From assembly GCA_964202905.1 (NCBI GenBank), contig CAXNJO010000009.1, positions 128,001 through 192,000 on the forward strand: a stretch of DNA of 64,000 bases. The letters run 5' to 3'. Shown here one piece after another: positions 1-11,690 of this stretch (positions are counted from its first letter, which is position 1; each line of letters starts with the position of its first letter). Source of the stretch: Polyangiales bacterium. GTDB lineage: Bacteria; Myxococcota_A; Polyangia; Polyangiales; JADJQN01. The notes under the pieces were generated by a model, which was given only the letters and a program-made list of their open reading frames with translations, had not been told where the DNA came from and did no database searches. A program made the position numbers and the translations under genes.

Positions 1-1
1 C

Positions 2-343
2 GCGGCGGCGCGCTGGCTCGGCGCGGCAGGGGCCGCCGGCGCGCTCCCGGGGGCCGACGTGACGGACGCGCTCGAGGGCTGTACGGCGCGCGATCCCTCG
101 CCCGACGTCGCCCGCGCCTGCGCCGCCCCAGCGCTGCCTCCGCGCGACGACGTCGCGGACGTGGTGGCCTACGGGCCGGGCGGGCGTACGTCGCGCCCCG
201 GCGCGCTGCTGGCCCTGCGACTCGCGGACGGCAGCGTGCTCGTCGCCCGCGCGGACGCCAACGCGCACCTCCGCCTCGCCCGAGCACCCCGCGGTCCACT
301 CGCGCTCGAAGACCCCCACGAAGCCCCCCTCGACGCACGCTGA
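2..343 (+). CDS. C-terminal part of a hypothetical protein, possibly HEAT-repeat type (5' truncated by the window edge)
   Basis: Frame is open from base 2 (AAARWLG...ARDPSPDVARAC) to TGA 341-343. DPSPDV-like helix-turn motif. Confidence 0.5.
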   Translation, partial: AAARWLGAAGAAGALPGADVTDALEGCTARDPSPDVARACAAPALPPRDDVADVVAYGPGGRTSRPGALLALRLADGSVLVARADANAHLRLARAPRGPLALEDPHEAPLDAR

Positions 344-376
344 GTCGGCCCGTTCCGCGGGCCTCACGGAGCCCCC

Positions 377-838
377 ATGACGACCTTCACTCGGCACATC
401 CTCGTCGCGACCGACCTCTCCCCGGCCTCCTTGCTCGCCATCGACGCGGCGGCGACGCTCGCGCGCGCATTCAGCGCGCGGGTCACGCTCGCGCACGTCT
501 TCGACCCCACGCCGCTCACGCCCACGGCCACCTCCCAGCTGACGACGGCCGAGCAGTTCGAGGTGGCGCAAGGCTACGAGCGGCGGCTCCAGGCAGAGCT
601 CGAGCGGATCCGCGACGCCCAGCTCGCCGGGGTCCCGCAGGTGGAGGTGCGGCTCCTCCGGGGGCGCAGCGCCGCGGACACGCTCTGCGTCCACGCCGAG
701 CAGGCGAACGTCGACCTCATCGTGGTCGCGACGCACGGCCGCACCGGGCTCGCGCGCATGCTGATCGGGTCCGTGGCGGAGCGCGTCGTCCGGCACGCGC
801 ACTGCCCCGTGCTCTCGCTCCGCTCGACGCTCGCGTGA
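377..838 (+). CDS. Universal stress protein (UspA family)
   Basis: HILVATDLS N-terminus, DLIVVATHGRTG...GSVAERVVRHAHCPV C-terminal motif, GGAG RBS. Confidence 0.93.
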   Translation: MTTFTRHILVATDLSPASLLAIDAAATLARAFSARVTLAHVFDPTPLTPTATSQLTTAEQFEVAQGYERRLQAELERIRDAQLAGVPQVEVRLLRGRSAADTLCVHAEQANVDLIVVATHGRTGLARMLIGSVAERVVRHAHCPVLSLRSTLA

Positions 839-847
839 CGGCGTGCG

Positions 848-2626
848 CTACTCGACCGCGGCGCGCGCCTTCTGGGCGTGCTCGGCGAGCGCGGCGCGCT
901 GCGCGTCGTCGAGCGGCGGCACGAGCGCCCCGTCCCGCGGCGACGCGAAGCGCTGCAAGCGCAGGAAGGCGGCCAGCATGCGCAGGTCGTGCTCGCTGAG
1001 GTCCTCGCCGTACGGCGGCATCTCGTTCGCCTCGCCGTAGTGCCGCGCCGGGTCCGCCGTCTGCCGGAGCAGCCAGGTGCGCGAGCCGTAGCCCGTCATG
1101 TCGGGGCCGCCCTCCGCGAGGTAGTCGCCGTCACCCTGAAAGGCGTGACAATTCATACACTTGGTCTCGAACACGCGCTGGCCCTGAGCGGCCAGCGCGG
1201 CGTCGAAGGGCGGGTCCTGCGGCTCGTGCCCGAGCGAGAACACGTACTCGGTCACGCCCGCGAGCTGCGCCTCGCCGAGCCGGTCCTGGCTGGGCATGCC
1301 GACGAGGCCCGTGAGGCCGAAGTAGCGCGCATCGTCCGGGTCGTGCAGCAGCCCGCGCAGCCACGCGCGGGAGCCGAGCCCGGTGTGCTCCGGCGCCCAG
1401 CGCTCCCCTTCGCCGTCGAGGACGTGGCAGCCCGCGCAGTGCGCGGCGAAGAGGTCGGCGCCGCGCGTGAGCGGGTCGTCGTCGAGCATCGCGAGCGGGC
1501 CGCCGGGCGGGATCCCCTTCCGCGCGAGGGCCACGGCACGCGCCGCGCGCGCGTCGGCGTCGCGGCGCTGCGCCTGATACTCGGGGTCGTTCGCGTCGGC
1601 GCGCAGGGAGACGTCCGTGAGCGCGACGATCGCCACGGCCGCGACGAGCACGGGCAGCACGAAGGGCAGCCGGTCGCGCACGCGCGTCGTCGGCCGGCGG
1701 TCGAAGAAGGGCAGCGCGAAGAGCAGCCCGCCGCCGACGACCGGCAGCCCGAGCGTCACGAGGATCTCGAGCTCACCGGGGACGAGGTTCAACAGCTCGT
1801 AGAGCCAGAGAAAGTAGGCCTCCGGGCGCGGCGGGTAGACGATGGAGGGGTCCGCGGGCGCGTCGAGCGGCGCGCCGATCCGCACCGTCGCGAGCGCGAC
1901 GAGCGCGAGGACGGCGACGGCGAAGAGCAGATCACGCCCGATCTGCGCGGGGAAATAGCGCTCCCGCCGCGCGAGGTCCGCGCCCGCCGGCGCCGTGGGG
2001 CCGTGCCGACGGAAGAGCGCGACGTGCGCGACCAGCACCAACCCGACGAGCCCGGGGAGGACGCCGACGTGGAGCGCGAACATCCGCGTGAGCGTGCTCT
2101 GCCCGTACTCCGGGCCGCCGACGACGAGGTCGCGGATCATCGGCCCGACGAACGGCGTGCTCCCGGCGATGTTCGTCGCGACCGTCGTCGCCCAATACCC
2201 CTTCTGATCCCAGGGCAACAGGTAGCCCGTGACGCCCATCCCGACGAGCAGCGCGAGCAGCGCGAGGCCCGCCCACCAGCCCACCTCGCGCGGCCGTTTG
2301 TACGCGCCGTACACGACGACCTGCAGCATGTGCAGGCCCATGACGAGCATCATCGCGTACGCGCCGTAGTGGTGTAGGCCCCGGATGAACCAGCCCGCAG
2401 TGACGCGGTGCTGCACGTAGAAGACGCTCGACCACGCGTCGTGGACGGACGGCGTGTACGTGACCATGAGCAGCAGGCCGGTCACGAGCTGCGAGAGCAG
2501 CACGACGGCGAGGCCGCTGCCGAACACGTAGGCCCAGCGCGCGCCTCCGGCGATCTCTTCGTCGAGGGCCGCCCGGGTCAGGGCACGGTAGCCGGTGCGC
2601 CCATCGAGCCAGTCGAGGATGCCCAA
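848..2626 (-). CDS. Cytochrome b (b6 plus subunit IV-like region) fused to a diheme cytochrome c domain
   Basis: GYLLPWDQKGYW, four heme-b His (LHH..GLH; ALH..VAH), PEAY at the PEWY position, C-terminal CAGCH and CMNCH. TTG start inferred just after the Rieske stop. Confidence 0.9.
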   Translation of the reverse strand: MGILDWLDGRTGYRALTRAALDEEIAGGARWAYVFGSGLAVVLLSQLVTGLLLMVTYTPSVHDAWSSVFYVQHRVTAGWFIRGLHHYGAYAMMLVMGLHMLQVVVYGAYKRPREVGWWAGLALLALLVGMGVTGYLLPWDQKGYWATTVATNIAGSTPFVGPMIRDLVVGGPEYGQSTLTRMFALHVGVLPGLVGLVLVAHVALFRRHGPTAPAGADLARRERYFPAQIGRDLLFAVAVLALVALATVRIGAPLDAPADPSIVYPPRPEAYFLWLYELLNLVPGELEILVTLGLPVVGGGLLFALPFFDRRPTTRVRDRLPFVLPVLVAAVAIVALTDVSLRADANDPEYQAQRRDADARAARAVALARKGIPPGGPLAMLDDDPLTRGADLFAAHCAGCHVLDGEGERWAPEHTGLGSRAWLRGLLHDPDDARYFGLTGLVGMPSQDRLGEAQLAGVTEYVFSLGHEPQDPPFDAALAAQGQRVFETKCMNCHAFQGDGDYLAEGGPDMTGYGSRTWLLRQTADPARHYGEANEMPPYGEDLSEHDLRMLAAFLRLQRFASPRDGALVPPLDDAQRAALAEHAQKARAAVE

Positions 2627-2628
2627 GG

Positions 2629-3174
2629 TCAGCCGAGCTCCACGCGGTCGCGCGTCTGCGTGCGAAAACGCGCGAACTTCACCTCGACGTCGCCCTCGGG
2701 CGTGACGCGCGCCTCGAGCGCGTCCATGCCGCGCGGCGACGGCCCGCTCGTCTGCTTGCCCTCGAGGTCGAAGAAGCTCTCGTGGCACGGGCAGGCGAAG
2801 CGGTGCGCCGTCGGCTCGTGCTGGATGCTGCAGCCGAGGTGCGGGCACTCGGCCTGGAGCGCGACGAGGCCGCGCTCCCCCTTGCGGCGGAGCCACACCG
2901 TGCCGAGCCGCTGCGCCGGTGAGCGCGTCCACGCGTCGACGCGCTCTCCGACCACCGCACAGGCGACCGGCGCCTCGGCGGACAGATCCGCGAACCGGGC
3001 GACGCGCTTCCAGCGGCTCGCGCCGGACATGCGCCGCGACAGCGGATCGGCGAGGTAGCGCGTGGCGGGCACCAGCCACAGCACCCCCGCGCCGGCCGCG
3101 GAGAGCCCCGCAAGCACCCCCAGCACGCTCCGGCGCCCGCTGCGCGCCCCGCCGTCGTCTCGCTCGCCGGCCAT
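2629..3174 (-). CDS. Rieske [2Fe-2S] subunit of a Rieske/cytochrome b complex
   Basis: CPHLGC and CPCH boxes, GPSPRGM, Tat-like GRRSVL plus TM helix, GAGGAG RBS before ATG 3174. Confidence 0.93.
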   Translation of the reverse strand: MAGERDDGGARSGRRSVLGVLAGLSAAGAGVLWLVPATRYLADPLSRRMSGASRWKRVARFADLSAEAPVACAVVGERVDAWTRSPAQRLGTVWLRRKGERGLVALQAECPHLGCSIQHEPTAHRFACPCHESFFDLEGKQTSGPSPRGMDALEARVTPEGDVEVKFARFRTQTRDRVELG

Positions 3175-3436
3175 CGATCTCTCCTCTGCTCGTGCGCGAT
3201 GCACCCGCGGCCGCGCCGACTGGCACCACCGACGCGACGCAGGATAGCCGCGCAGCGTCGAAAACGATATCTCCGCACGCCCCGGCGCCGCGCACCCGCG
3301 CGCGGGCAGGAAGGCGTCGGGGAAGTACCTACGCCCGGGTCGGAAGCGGTACGTTCACGCGACGCGACGCGGCGCGTCGCCGGGCGAGCGCGCCGACGTG
3401 CCCCCGCCCTGAGCGAACCACCCCCGTGAACCCCGC

Positions 3437-5656
3437 ATGAAAGGCCCCGCAGCGTCACGGACGCCCCGCGCCCCGCAGAGGCGCCTCGCGACCGCGCTCG
3501 CGCTCGCGACGGCCCTCGCCGCCGCCGGCTGTGCGAGCGTCCCCGCGGGGCGGCGGGGCGTGACCGCGCTCGACTTCGAGGGCGTCGAGGCGATGGACGA
3601 GCAGGCCCTCGCGGCCTGCCTCGCGACGCGCGCGCGGGCCGCGTTCGCCCTGAACATCAGCCCGAACCCCAGCCCCGAGTGCGGCGAGCCCGAGTTCGAC
3701 GCGCCGCGCCTGCGCGCCGGGCTCTGGACGTGGCCGTGGACTCCGTGGCCGCTCTACGACCGCACGATCTTCGAGCGCGACGTCGACCGCGTCGAGCGCT
3801 GGTACCGCGCGCGCGGCTATTACGACGCGCGCGTCGTCGAGGCGAGCGTCGATCCGCCCGACGAGGTCGCGCCGACACCCGACGACGATCGCGTGCGGCT
3901 GCGGCTGCGGGTCGACGAGGGCCAGCCGATCACCGTGGGACTCCTGCGGGTCGATGGCACCGTCGGGCTGCCCGCGTCTCTGCGCGAGGCGCTCGCGGCG
4001 CTGCCGTCGCTCGAGATCGGTGATCGCTTCGACGAGGCGACCTACGACGCCGACAAGAAGGCGCTGCTGCGCGCGCTGCGCGAGGCGTCTTACGCGCGCG
4101 CCACGATCGAGGGGCGCGTGACGATCGACGCGGGACGCCGCCTCGCGAAGGTCGTCTACGACGTGCACCCGGGGCTCTCGTGCGTCTTCGGCGAGGTCGA
4201 GTTGCACTTCGACGGCGACGAGGTGCCCGCCGTCCCCGTGCTCGCGGCGGCGCAGATCCGCCCGGGCGCGCCCTACAGCGACTCCGCGCTCGACGACGCG
4301 CAGCGCGCGATCTTCGCGCTCGGCGCGTTCTCGTCGGTCGAGATCCGCCCGGACATGCGCAGCCCGCTGCGCGTGCTGCGCATCGTCATCAACGCGCGCA
4401 CGGGCAACCTCGTGCGGCGCGGCGTCGGCGCGGGCATGCAGCTCGGTCAGCCCTACGGCGCGTCCTTCCTCAACGCGGACGGGACCCAGGTCAACAACGC
4501 CACCTGGGACGTCCACCTCCTCGGCTTCTTCGAGCACCGCAACGCCCTCGGCGGGCTGCGGCGCACGCGGGTCGAGGCGCGCCCGCGCGTCATCTCGCGC
4601 GCGGTGTTCCCAGACGTGGCGGATCCCTCGCTCGGCTTGAGCCTGCTCGGCGAGTTCCGGCAGCCGTCCTTCTTCGAAGCGCGCACCAACCTCGTCGTCG
4701 GCGCGCGCTACGACGTCGGCCCCGACGTCAACGGCCGCGCCTTCCAGCGGCACGTCGTCGATGCGTGGGTCGGCCCGGAGCGCTCCTTCCTCGCGGGTCG
4801 CCTCTACCTCAACGCCGCCTTCCACGGGCTCTACTTCGCGCCCTTCCGCATCGGGCAGGCCGCGGTCCCCAACGACCAGATCGAATACGGCATCACCTTC
4901 CTCGAGCAGACGCTGCGCCTCGATCTGCGCGACGATCCCGTGAATCCGCGCGCGGGATTCTTCTTCCAGCTCGGCCTGCAGGAGGCGGGCTACGTCGTCC
5001 CCGGATCGTGGAGCTACATCCGCGCGACGCCCGACGTGCGCGCCTACGCGCCGCTCCCGCTCGGCATCGTGCTCGCGGGACGCTTCGCGGTGGGTGTGCT
5101 CGAGATCACGGGAACGCGCCTGCCGGCGACGATCCCGGGCGCGGCCGACGATCCCACGACGCCGGACGTCGACGAGACGCGGGCCGCGACGTCGGGCCCC
5201 GGCAGCCTCGGCCCCGAGACGTACCGACTGCGCGGCGGCGGCGCGAGCTCGAACCGCGGCTTTCTCCCGATCCGGCTCGGCGGCGGGACCCACGAGCTCG
5301 GCGACGCGAGCGTGACGGACTCCGCGCAGCTCGGCGGCGTGCGCCGCTGGGAGGCCTCGCTCGAGCTCCGCGTGCCGCTCACCGAGAGCCTCGGCGCCGT
5401 GCTCTTCGCGGACGCGGGAGACGTGAGCCCGACACGCCAGTTCCGCTTCTTCGCGCCGCAGCTCACGCTCGGCCTCGGCCTCCGCTACCGCACGATCATC
5501 GGCCCGATCCGCCTCGACCTCGGCATCCGGCAGCCGTGGGCGCAGTGCCTCGGGCGCGCCTCGGCCTGCCCGCCCGACCCGGCGCCGCAGACCTTCCTGT
5601 TCGAGGCGTGGAAGATCAACGGCGCCGTGCACGTCACCATCGGAGAGTCCTTCTGA
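3437..5656 (+). CDS. tamA: Omp85 family outer membrane protein (TamA/BamA-like), lipoprotein
   Basis: Lipobox LAAAGC, POTRA-like segments (YRARGYYDARV), RGF motif, GLGLRYRTIIGPIRLDLG, terminal Phe. Overlaps the tamB start (TGATG). Confidence 0.85.
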   Translation: MKGPAASRTPRAPQRRLATALALATALAAAGCASVPAGRRGVTALDFEGVEAMDEQALAACLATRARAAFALNISPNPSPECGEPEFDAPRLRAGLWTWPWTPWPLYDRTIFERDVDRVERWYRARGYYDARVVEASVDPPDEVAPTPDDDRVRLRLRVDEGQPITVGLLRVDGTVGLPASLREALAALPSLEIGDRFDEATYDADKKALLRALREASYARATIEGRVTIDAGRRLAKVVYDVHPGLSCVFGEVELHFDGDEVPAVPVLAAAQIRPGAPYSDSALDDAQRAIFALGAFSSVEIRPDMRSPLRVLRIVINARTGNLVRRGVGAGMQLGQPYGASFLNADGTQVNNATWDVHLLGFFEHRNALGGLRRTRVEARPRVISRAVFPDVADPSLGLSLLGEFRQPSFFEARTNLVVGARYDVGPDVNGRAFQRHVVDAWVGPERSFLAGRLYLNAAFHGLYFAPFRIGQAAVPNDQIEYGITFLEQTLRLDLRDDPVNPRAGFFFQLGLQEAGYVVPGSWSYIRATPDVRAYAPLPLGIVLAGRFAVGVLEITGTRLPATIPGAADDPTTPDVDETRAATSGPGSLGPETYRLRGGGASSNRGFLPIRLGGGTHELGDASVTDSAQLGGVRRWEASLELRVPLTESLGAVLFADAGDVSPTRQFRFFAPQLTLGLGLRYRTIIGPIRLDLGIRQPWAQCLGRASACPPDPAPQTFLFEAWKINGAVHVTIGESF

Positions 5657-8600
5657 TGGCGGGGAAGGCGGCGCGCGCGCTCGCGTGGACGGGCGTCGGG
5701 GCGCTGGCGCTCGCGGCCTCGCTCGTGGGGCACGCGCAGACGGCGCTCTTCCGCCGGGCCGTGGCGGACACGGCGAGCGCGTGGCTGTCTGCGACGCTCG
5801 CGGGCGAGTTCGCGATCGGCCGCGTCGAGCGCCTCGACCTCGACCGCGTGGTCCTCCGGCACGTCGTCGTGCACGACGCGCGCGGGCGCCGCGTGATCGT
5901 CGCCGATCGCCTCGAGGCCGTGCCCGACGTACCCGCGCTGCTGCGCGGCGAGGTCGTGCTGCGCCGCGTCGCGCTCGCGCACGGCGCGGTGCGGCTCATC
6001 ACCGAGGGCGACGAGCCCGCGCCGACGCTCGCCGCCGCGTTCTTCCCCGCAGCGCCCGCGACGAGCGCCACGCCCGGCCCATCGCCCACCGTGCGGCTCC
6101 GCGAGATCGCGCTCGACGACGTGCTCGCGTGGGGCGACGTCCCCGGCGTGACGGGCCTCCGCGCCGAGCACGTCTCCGCGCGCGGCAGCCTCGACTTCGC
6201 GCGGGACGCGCTCGCGCTGCGGCTCCGCGACGTCCGCGCCGACGTCCGCTCGCCCTACCGCCCGCCCCTCGCGCTGCGCGGCGGGCACGGGCTCATCACC
6301 AACGATCCGCAGCGCGCGGTCACGCTGCACGCGTCGGTCGACTCGCAGCCCGCAGGCGCGCGTGAGCCCGACCGCGCCCGCGCACGCGTTCGCGTCTTCA
6401 CGCCGGCAGGCGCGGCCCCCGACGCCGCGTCGGAGGTCGAGGTGATCGTGCACGCCGATCCCGTCTCGGCCGAGCTGCTCACGTCCATCGGCGTGCCGGG
6501 CCTCGACCTGCTGCGCCTCGAGGCGGTGCGCGGCTGGGCGAGCCTGCGCGGCGTGCCCGACGATCTGCGCGCGCGCGCCTCGCTCGACTCGGCCGCGGGG
6601 CACGTCGACGCCGAGGCCCGCATCCGCCCCGGCGTCGCGCTCGAAGTCGACGCGCGCACCCGCGCCCTCGCGCTCGAGGAGCTCGTCGACGGCGCGCCCC
6701 CGCTGCGCCTCGGCGGTCGTGGCCGCGTCGCGGTGTCGCTCGATCCGACGGGCCTCGCGGACCCGACCTTCCGCGCGACGCTCGAGCCGTTGCTGTACGA
6801 GACATGGGCGGTACCCGCCCTCGAGGCGGAGGGCGCGATCGAGCCGGCTCGCGTACGCATCGACCGCCTCGACATGCCCCACGCCGGCGGGACGGTCACG
6901 GGGCGCGGCCTCGTGTACTTCGACGGGGCGCTCGACGTCGACGTCCGCGCGCACGTTCCGCAGATCGCGCGCGATCCGAACGTGCGTCGGCTCATGCCCG
7001 GGGCGCGGGCCTCGCTCGACGCGGCCCTCCACGCCGTCGTCACCGCCGGTCCGCGGCCCACGATCGACGTGCGCGGCCGCGTCGATCTCGGCGGGATGCG
7101 CGTCCCTCACGTGACCGCCGCACGCCTCCGCGCGACGGGCCGCGTGCACGGTGAGCCAACGCGGCCCCAGGTCGCCGCGAGCCTCTCGACGCGCGGCCTC
7201 GTCGTCGCCGACTACGTGCTCGGCGACGGCGCGGGCACCGTGCGCGGCGGCCCGACTCGTTACGCGGTGAGCGCTTCTCTCCGCGAAGACCCGCGCGCGA
7301 TTGGATTCGACGCCACCATCACGCGAGATGGCAGCGCGTTCACGCATCGACGCGCCGCGGCTCGAGCTCGCCGTGCGCGGCGCCGCGTGGCGCGGCCAGA
7401 TCCAGGGGCTGCGCATCGCGCCGGGCCGCGCGATCGACCTCACGCGCGCGCTGCTCGCGAGCGGCGGACAGCGCCTCGAGGCGCACGGGCGTTACGCGCT
7501 CGACCGACGCGCGGGGCGCGAGATCGAGGCGGAGTTGCAGGGCGTCGACGTCGGGGCCTTCGCCCCGTTCGTGCCCGAGCTCGCGGGCTACGGCGGCATC
7601 CTCGACGCACACCTCGCGATGAGCGGCGACGCGGCTCAACCGAGCCTCTCGCTCGAGGCGGCCGTGCGCGAGGGCGCCGCGCTCGGGCTCGCGGGGATCG
7701 AGGGCGTCTGCGCCGTCCGTTACGACGTCGGCGCGCTCGAGATCGACACGGAGATCACCGTCGGCACGCACGGCACGGCGGCGCTCAACGTGCTCGGGCT
7801 CGTCGATCCGGCCGAGGACGCCCCCCTCGCCGCGCTCCGCGGAGGCGAATACGAGGCGCGGCTCGACCTCGCGCGTGTGGATCTCGCGTTTCTCCACGAC
7901 GTGCTCGGGGACCGCGCGCCGGACCTGCGCGGCGCCGCCACGGGCCGCGTCGCCTTCCGCGGGAGCCTCGCGTCGCCGCACTGGAACGGCGCCGTGCGCT
8001 TCACCGACCTCGTCTACGCAGGGCAGCCGCCGCTCGACGCCGCGGTCGCCGCGACCTGGGACGGCGCCGTGCTCGGCGCGGACGTCGATCTCCGCCTCGG
8101 CGGGACACCGCTCGCCAGCATCGCGACGAGCCTCGCCGTGCCGCTCGACGCGGTCCTCGACGGGCGCCTCGATCCGCGCGCCACGCTGCGTACCGAGCCG
8201 TGGTGGCTGCGGGTGCGCGTCCCCCCGCGCCGCCTCGATCGCCTCCCCGAATCCTGGCGGGAGCGCATCGGCGCCTTGCCGCTGCGCGTCGAGGCGGGGC
8301 TGACGTTGAACGGCGGAGACGCGGGGGGAACGCGCGGCACGCTGCGCGCCGCCGGCGCATGGGAGGGCGACACCGGCGCCTTCGCCTGCGGGCAGAGCGC
8401 GCGACCGCGCTTCGACGCATCGGCCGTGCTCGCCGACGGCGCCGTGAGCGCGACGGCGCGCGCGTTCATCGAGCGCGTCGACTCGATCGCCGAGGCGCAC
8501 GCGACCTTCGCCCTGCCCCTCGACGCGTGGATCGCCGCGAGCGCCTTCCCGGACGCAGCCCAGGCGGGGCCGCCCTTCGCGCTCCCCACGATCGATGTGC

Positions 8601-10264
8601 AGGCGAACTTCCCCGGCGCGGAGCTGGGAGAGCTCCCCTACGTCTGCGGGACGACGACCGGCGTCCTCACCGGTTCGCTCGTCGCGTCCGGGCTCTTCGG
8701 CCCGCAGCCGACCGCGCGCCTCGTGCTCGACGTGGCCTCGCTCCGCGTCAACGAGAGCGCCCCCGCCGACGCGGAACTCATCGTGAACGCGTCGACGCGG
8801 GCCGTCGTCGCCGACCTCTCGCTGCAGTACCTCACCGGCGACGCGCGCGCCGCGCTGCAGACCACGATGGAGGCGCGCTGGGGGCCGACGGACGCCCTGC
8901 CCCACATCGATCCGGACGCGCGCTTCCTGCTGCTCGCCGAGCTCGAGCGCGCGAACCTCGCGCCGCTCCTCGCTGCCATCCCGGGCATCTCCGGCGCGGA
9001 GATCACCGCCGACGGGACGGTGCAGGCGCAGGGCACGCGCGACGCGCTCACTTGGTCCGGTGCGCTCGCCCTGCTCGATGGGCGCATGGAGCTCGACGGC
9101 CCCGGCCAGCGGCTCGAGGAGATCGAGGGCCGCGTGATCTTCCGCGAGAACCGCGCCGAGATTCAGCGTTTCCGCGCGCGCGACGTCGACGGCGAGATCG
9201 ACGCCCGCGGGCAGATCGACTTCGTCGGCGTCGTGCCCCGCCACGCGAGCCTCGACGTGCTGGCGCGCGCGCTCCCGGTTCGACGCGAAGGGCTCGTCCT
9301 CGCGACGCTCACGGGCGAGGCCAACCTCGACGCCGAGGTCTCCCTCGACCGTACCGAGGCGCGCGTCACGGTGTCCTCGCTCGAGGTCGCGCTGCCCGAC
9401 GAGCTCGCGCAGGACCTCCAGGAGCTTGACGAGCACCCGGACATCGTGGTGCGCGGAGAGCAGCGCGCCGCGCCCGAGGATCCGTCGCTCGCGTACCCCT
9501 TCCACATCCGCGTCGACGCACGGCGCCCCTTCTGGGTGCGCCGCTCGGACTTCGCCGCGCAGGTCCGCGCGCAGCTCGACGTGCAGTACCGCTCCCCCGA
9601 CCTGCGCATCGCGGGCTACGTCGATCTGCGCCGCGGCTTCTTCGAGATCTTCGGCAAGCGCTTCGCGCTGCTGCCCGGGCGCATGGACTTCGACGGCGGC
9701 GAGGCGCTCGATCCGACCCTCGACATCACCGCCGTGTACGCGCTCAACACCGCGAGCACGCGGACCATCACCGTCAACGTGGGCGGCCGCCTCTCGCGCC
9801 CGCTGATCGAGTTCTCGTCGACGGAGTCGAGCGATCGCGGCGAGATCATCGCGCTGCTCGTGACGGGCCGCTCCTCGGTCACCGCCGACGCGAGCGGGCA
9901 GGCGAGCCAGAACCTGCGCGCCGCCGACGAGCAGGCCACCTCGTTCGTGACGGGCGTGCTCGGTGGCATCCTCACGCTCGGCCTGCGCAACGAGTTCGGT
10001 GAGTTCCTGCCCACGATCTCGCTCGACTCCACCGACGTCGGGACGCGCCTGCGCGCCGGCATCCAGGTCGACTCCTTCATCCGCGAGAACCTCGGCTTCC
10101 TCAGCGGTGTGATCGAAGGCGCCTACGTCGAGGGCTTCGTCGAGGGCGGCGTCGCGACGCGCGGGGGCTTCCTGCTCGAGTTGCAGTTCCCGTACAACCT
10201 CGTCGGCCGGACGACCTACACTCCGCCGATCAACTTCGGGCTCGATTTCACCTGGGAGCCATGA
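5656..10264 (+). CDS. tamB: TamB/AsmA-like translocation and assembly module protein, with a +1 frameshift near 7342-7345
   Basis: N-terminal TM anchor and long beta-rich body in frame 5656, continuing in ORF 7301..10264 with a DUF490-like C-terminus ([13 protein letters not shown]). Follows tamA. Confidence 0.8.
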
Positions 10265-10276
10265 CGCGCGTCGCGA

Positions 10277-10293
10277 TGAATGCGCGTTCATTC
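10277..10293. promoter_or_regulatory. Palindrome TGAAT-GCGC-GTTCA-TTC upstream of glmM (copy 1 of 3)
   Basis: Inverted repeat matching copies at 24206 and 52648. Confidence 0.5.
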
Positions 10294-10313
10294 CCGCACC
10301 ACCGACGGACACG

Positions 10314-11684
10314 ATGACGAGGAAGCTCTTCGGGACGGATGGGATTCGCGGGCTCGCCAACGCCGGGTCGATGACCCCGGAGACGGCCTTCCGGCTGGGG
10401 GCCGCGATCGCGTGGCAGGCGCGGCAGCGCGCCAAGCGCCCACCGCGCGTCATCATCGGCAAGGACACGCGCATCTCGGGCTACATGCTCGAGACGGCGC
10501 TCGCCTCCGGCGTCTGCGCGCTCGGTGGCCGCGTGCTCCTCTCGGGCCCGCTGCCGACGCCGGCCATCGCGCACATCACGCAGAGCATGCGCGCCGACGC
10601 GGGCATCGTCGTGAGCGCGTCGCACAACGCCTTCGAGGACAACGGCATCAAGATCTTCGGCGCCGACGGCTTCAAGCTGCCCGACGAGGCGGAGGCGGAG
10701 CTCGAGCGCCTCATGCTCGGCACGGTCCTCGACACCAAGCGCCCGACGGGGATCCACGTCGGCCGGGCCGAGCGTCTCGAGGACGCGTGGGGCCGCTACG
10801 TCTCGTTCGTGAAGGGCACCTTCCCGCAGAGCCTCTCGCTCGAGGGCCTGAAGATCGTCGTCGACGCCGCGCACGGCGCCTCCTACCGCGTCGCCCCCGC
10901 CGTGTTCGCCGAGCTCGGCGCGACGGTGCACGCCATCGGCGTCAAACCGAACGGGCGCAACATCAACGCCGGCTGCGGGGCGATGCACCCCGAGCACGTC
11001 GCGGCCGAGGTCCGCAAGCGCAAGGCCGATCTCGGCGTCGCGCTCGACGGCGACGCCGACCGCGTCATCGTCATCGACGATCGCGGCGACGAGGTCGACG
11101 GCGACCACGTCATGGCGCTCTGCGCGACGCGGATGCTCCGCGAAAAGCGACTCGCGAAGAAGACGCTCGTCGCGACCGTGATGTCGAACCTGGGCCTCGA
11201 GGTCGCGCTCAAGCGCGAGGGCGGCAAGCTCGCGCGCTGCGCCGTCGGCGACCGCTACGTCGTCGAGCTGATGCGCAAGCACGGCTACAACCTCGGCGGC
11301 GAACAGTCCGGGCACCTCGTCTTCCTCGACCACGCGACGACCGGCGACGGGCTCGTCGCGGCGCTGCAGCTCCTCGCGATCGTCCTGCGCGAGGGGCGCC
11401 CGCTCTCGGAGCTCGCGCACGACGTGATGGAGCGTGTCCCGCAGGTGCTCGTGAACGTGACGTTGCGCGAGCGGCGCGCCCTCGACGAGATGGCGACGGC
11501 GGCCCGCGCGATCCGCGCCGCCGAGAAGAAGCTCGGTGACGAGGGCCGCGTCCTCGTCCGCTGGAGCGGCACCGAGCCGAAGCTGCGCGTGATGGTCGAG
11601 GGCCCGGACGAGCGCGTGATCCGCGGGCTCGCGGACGACATCGTCGCGGCCGCACGTCGCGACCTCGGCACCCCCGCAGGCTGA
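10314..11684 (+). CDS. glmM: Phosphoglucosamine mutase
   Basis: [13 protein letters not shown] phosphoserine loop, DGDADR metal loop, [21 protein letters not shown]. Confidence 0.97.
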   Translation: MTRKLFGTDGIRGLANAGSMTPETAFRLGAAIAWQARQRAKRPPRVIIGKDTRISGYMLETALASGVCALGGRVLLSGPLPTPAIAHITQSMRADAGIVVSASHNAFEDNGIKIFGADGFKLPDEAEAELERLMLGTVLDTKRPTGIHVGRAERLEDAWGRYVSFVKGTFPQSLSLEGLKIVVDAAHGASYRVAPAVFAELGATVHAIGVKPNGRNINAGCGAMHPEHVAAEVRKRKADLGVALDGDADRVIVIDDRGDEVDGDHVMALCATRMLREKRLAKKTLVATVMSNLGLEVALKREGGKLARCAVGDRYVVELMRKHGYNLGGEQSGHLVFLDHATTGDGLVAALQLLAIVLREGRPLSELAHDVMERVPQVLVNVTLRERRALDEMATAARAIRAAEKKLGDEGRVLVRWSGTEPKLRVMVEGPDERVIRGLADDIVAAARRDLGTPAG

Positions 11685-11690
11685 CGCCGG

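Noticed and set aside
3221..3235. TGGCAC-containing GG-N10-GC, a possible sigma54 promoter for tamA
   Set aside because: The -12 element lacks TT and it lies 200 nt from the start; too weak at this GC content.
2627..3295. ORF-track N-terminal extension of cytochrome b overlapping the Rieske gene
   Set aside because: The extension is out-of-frame Rieske sequence; homology starts at LGILDWLD.
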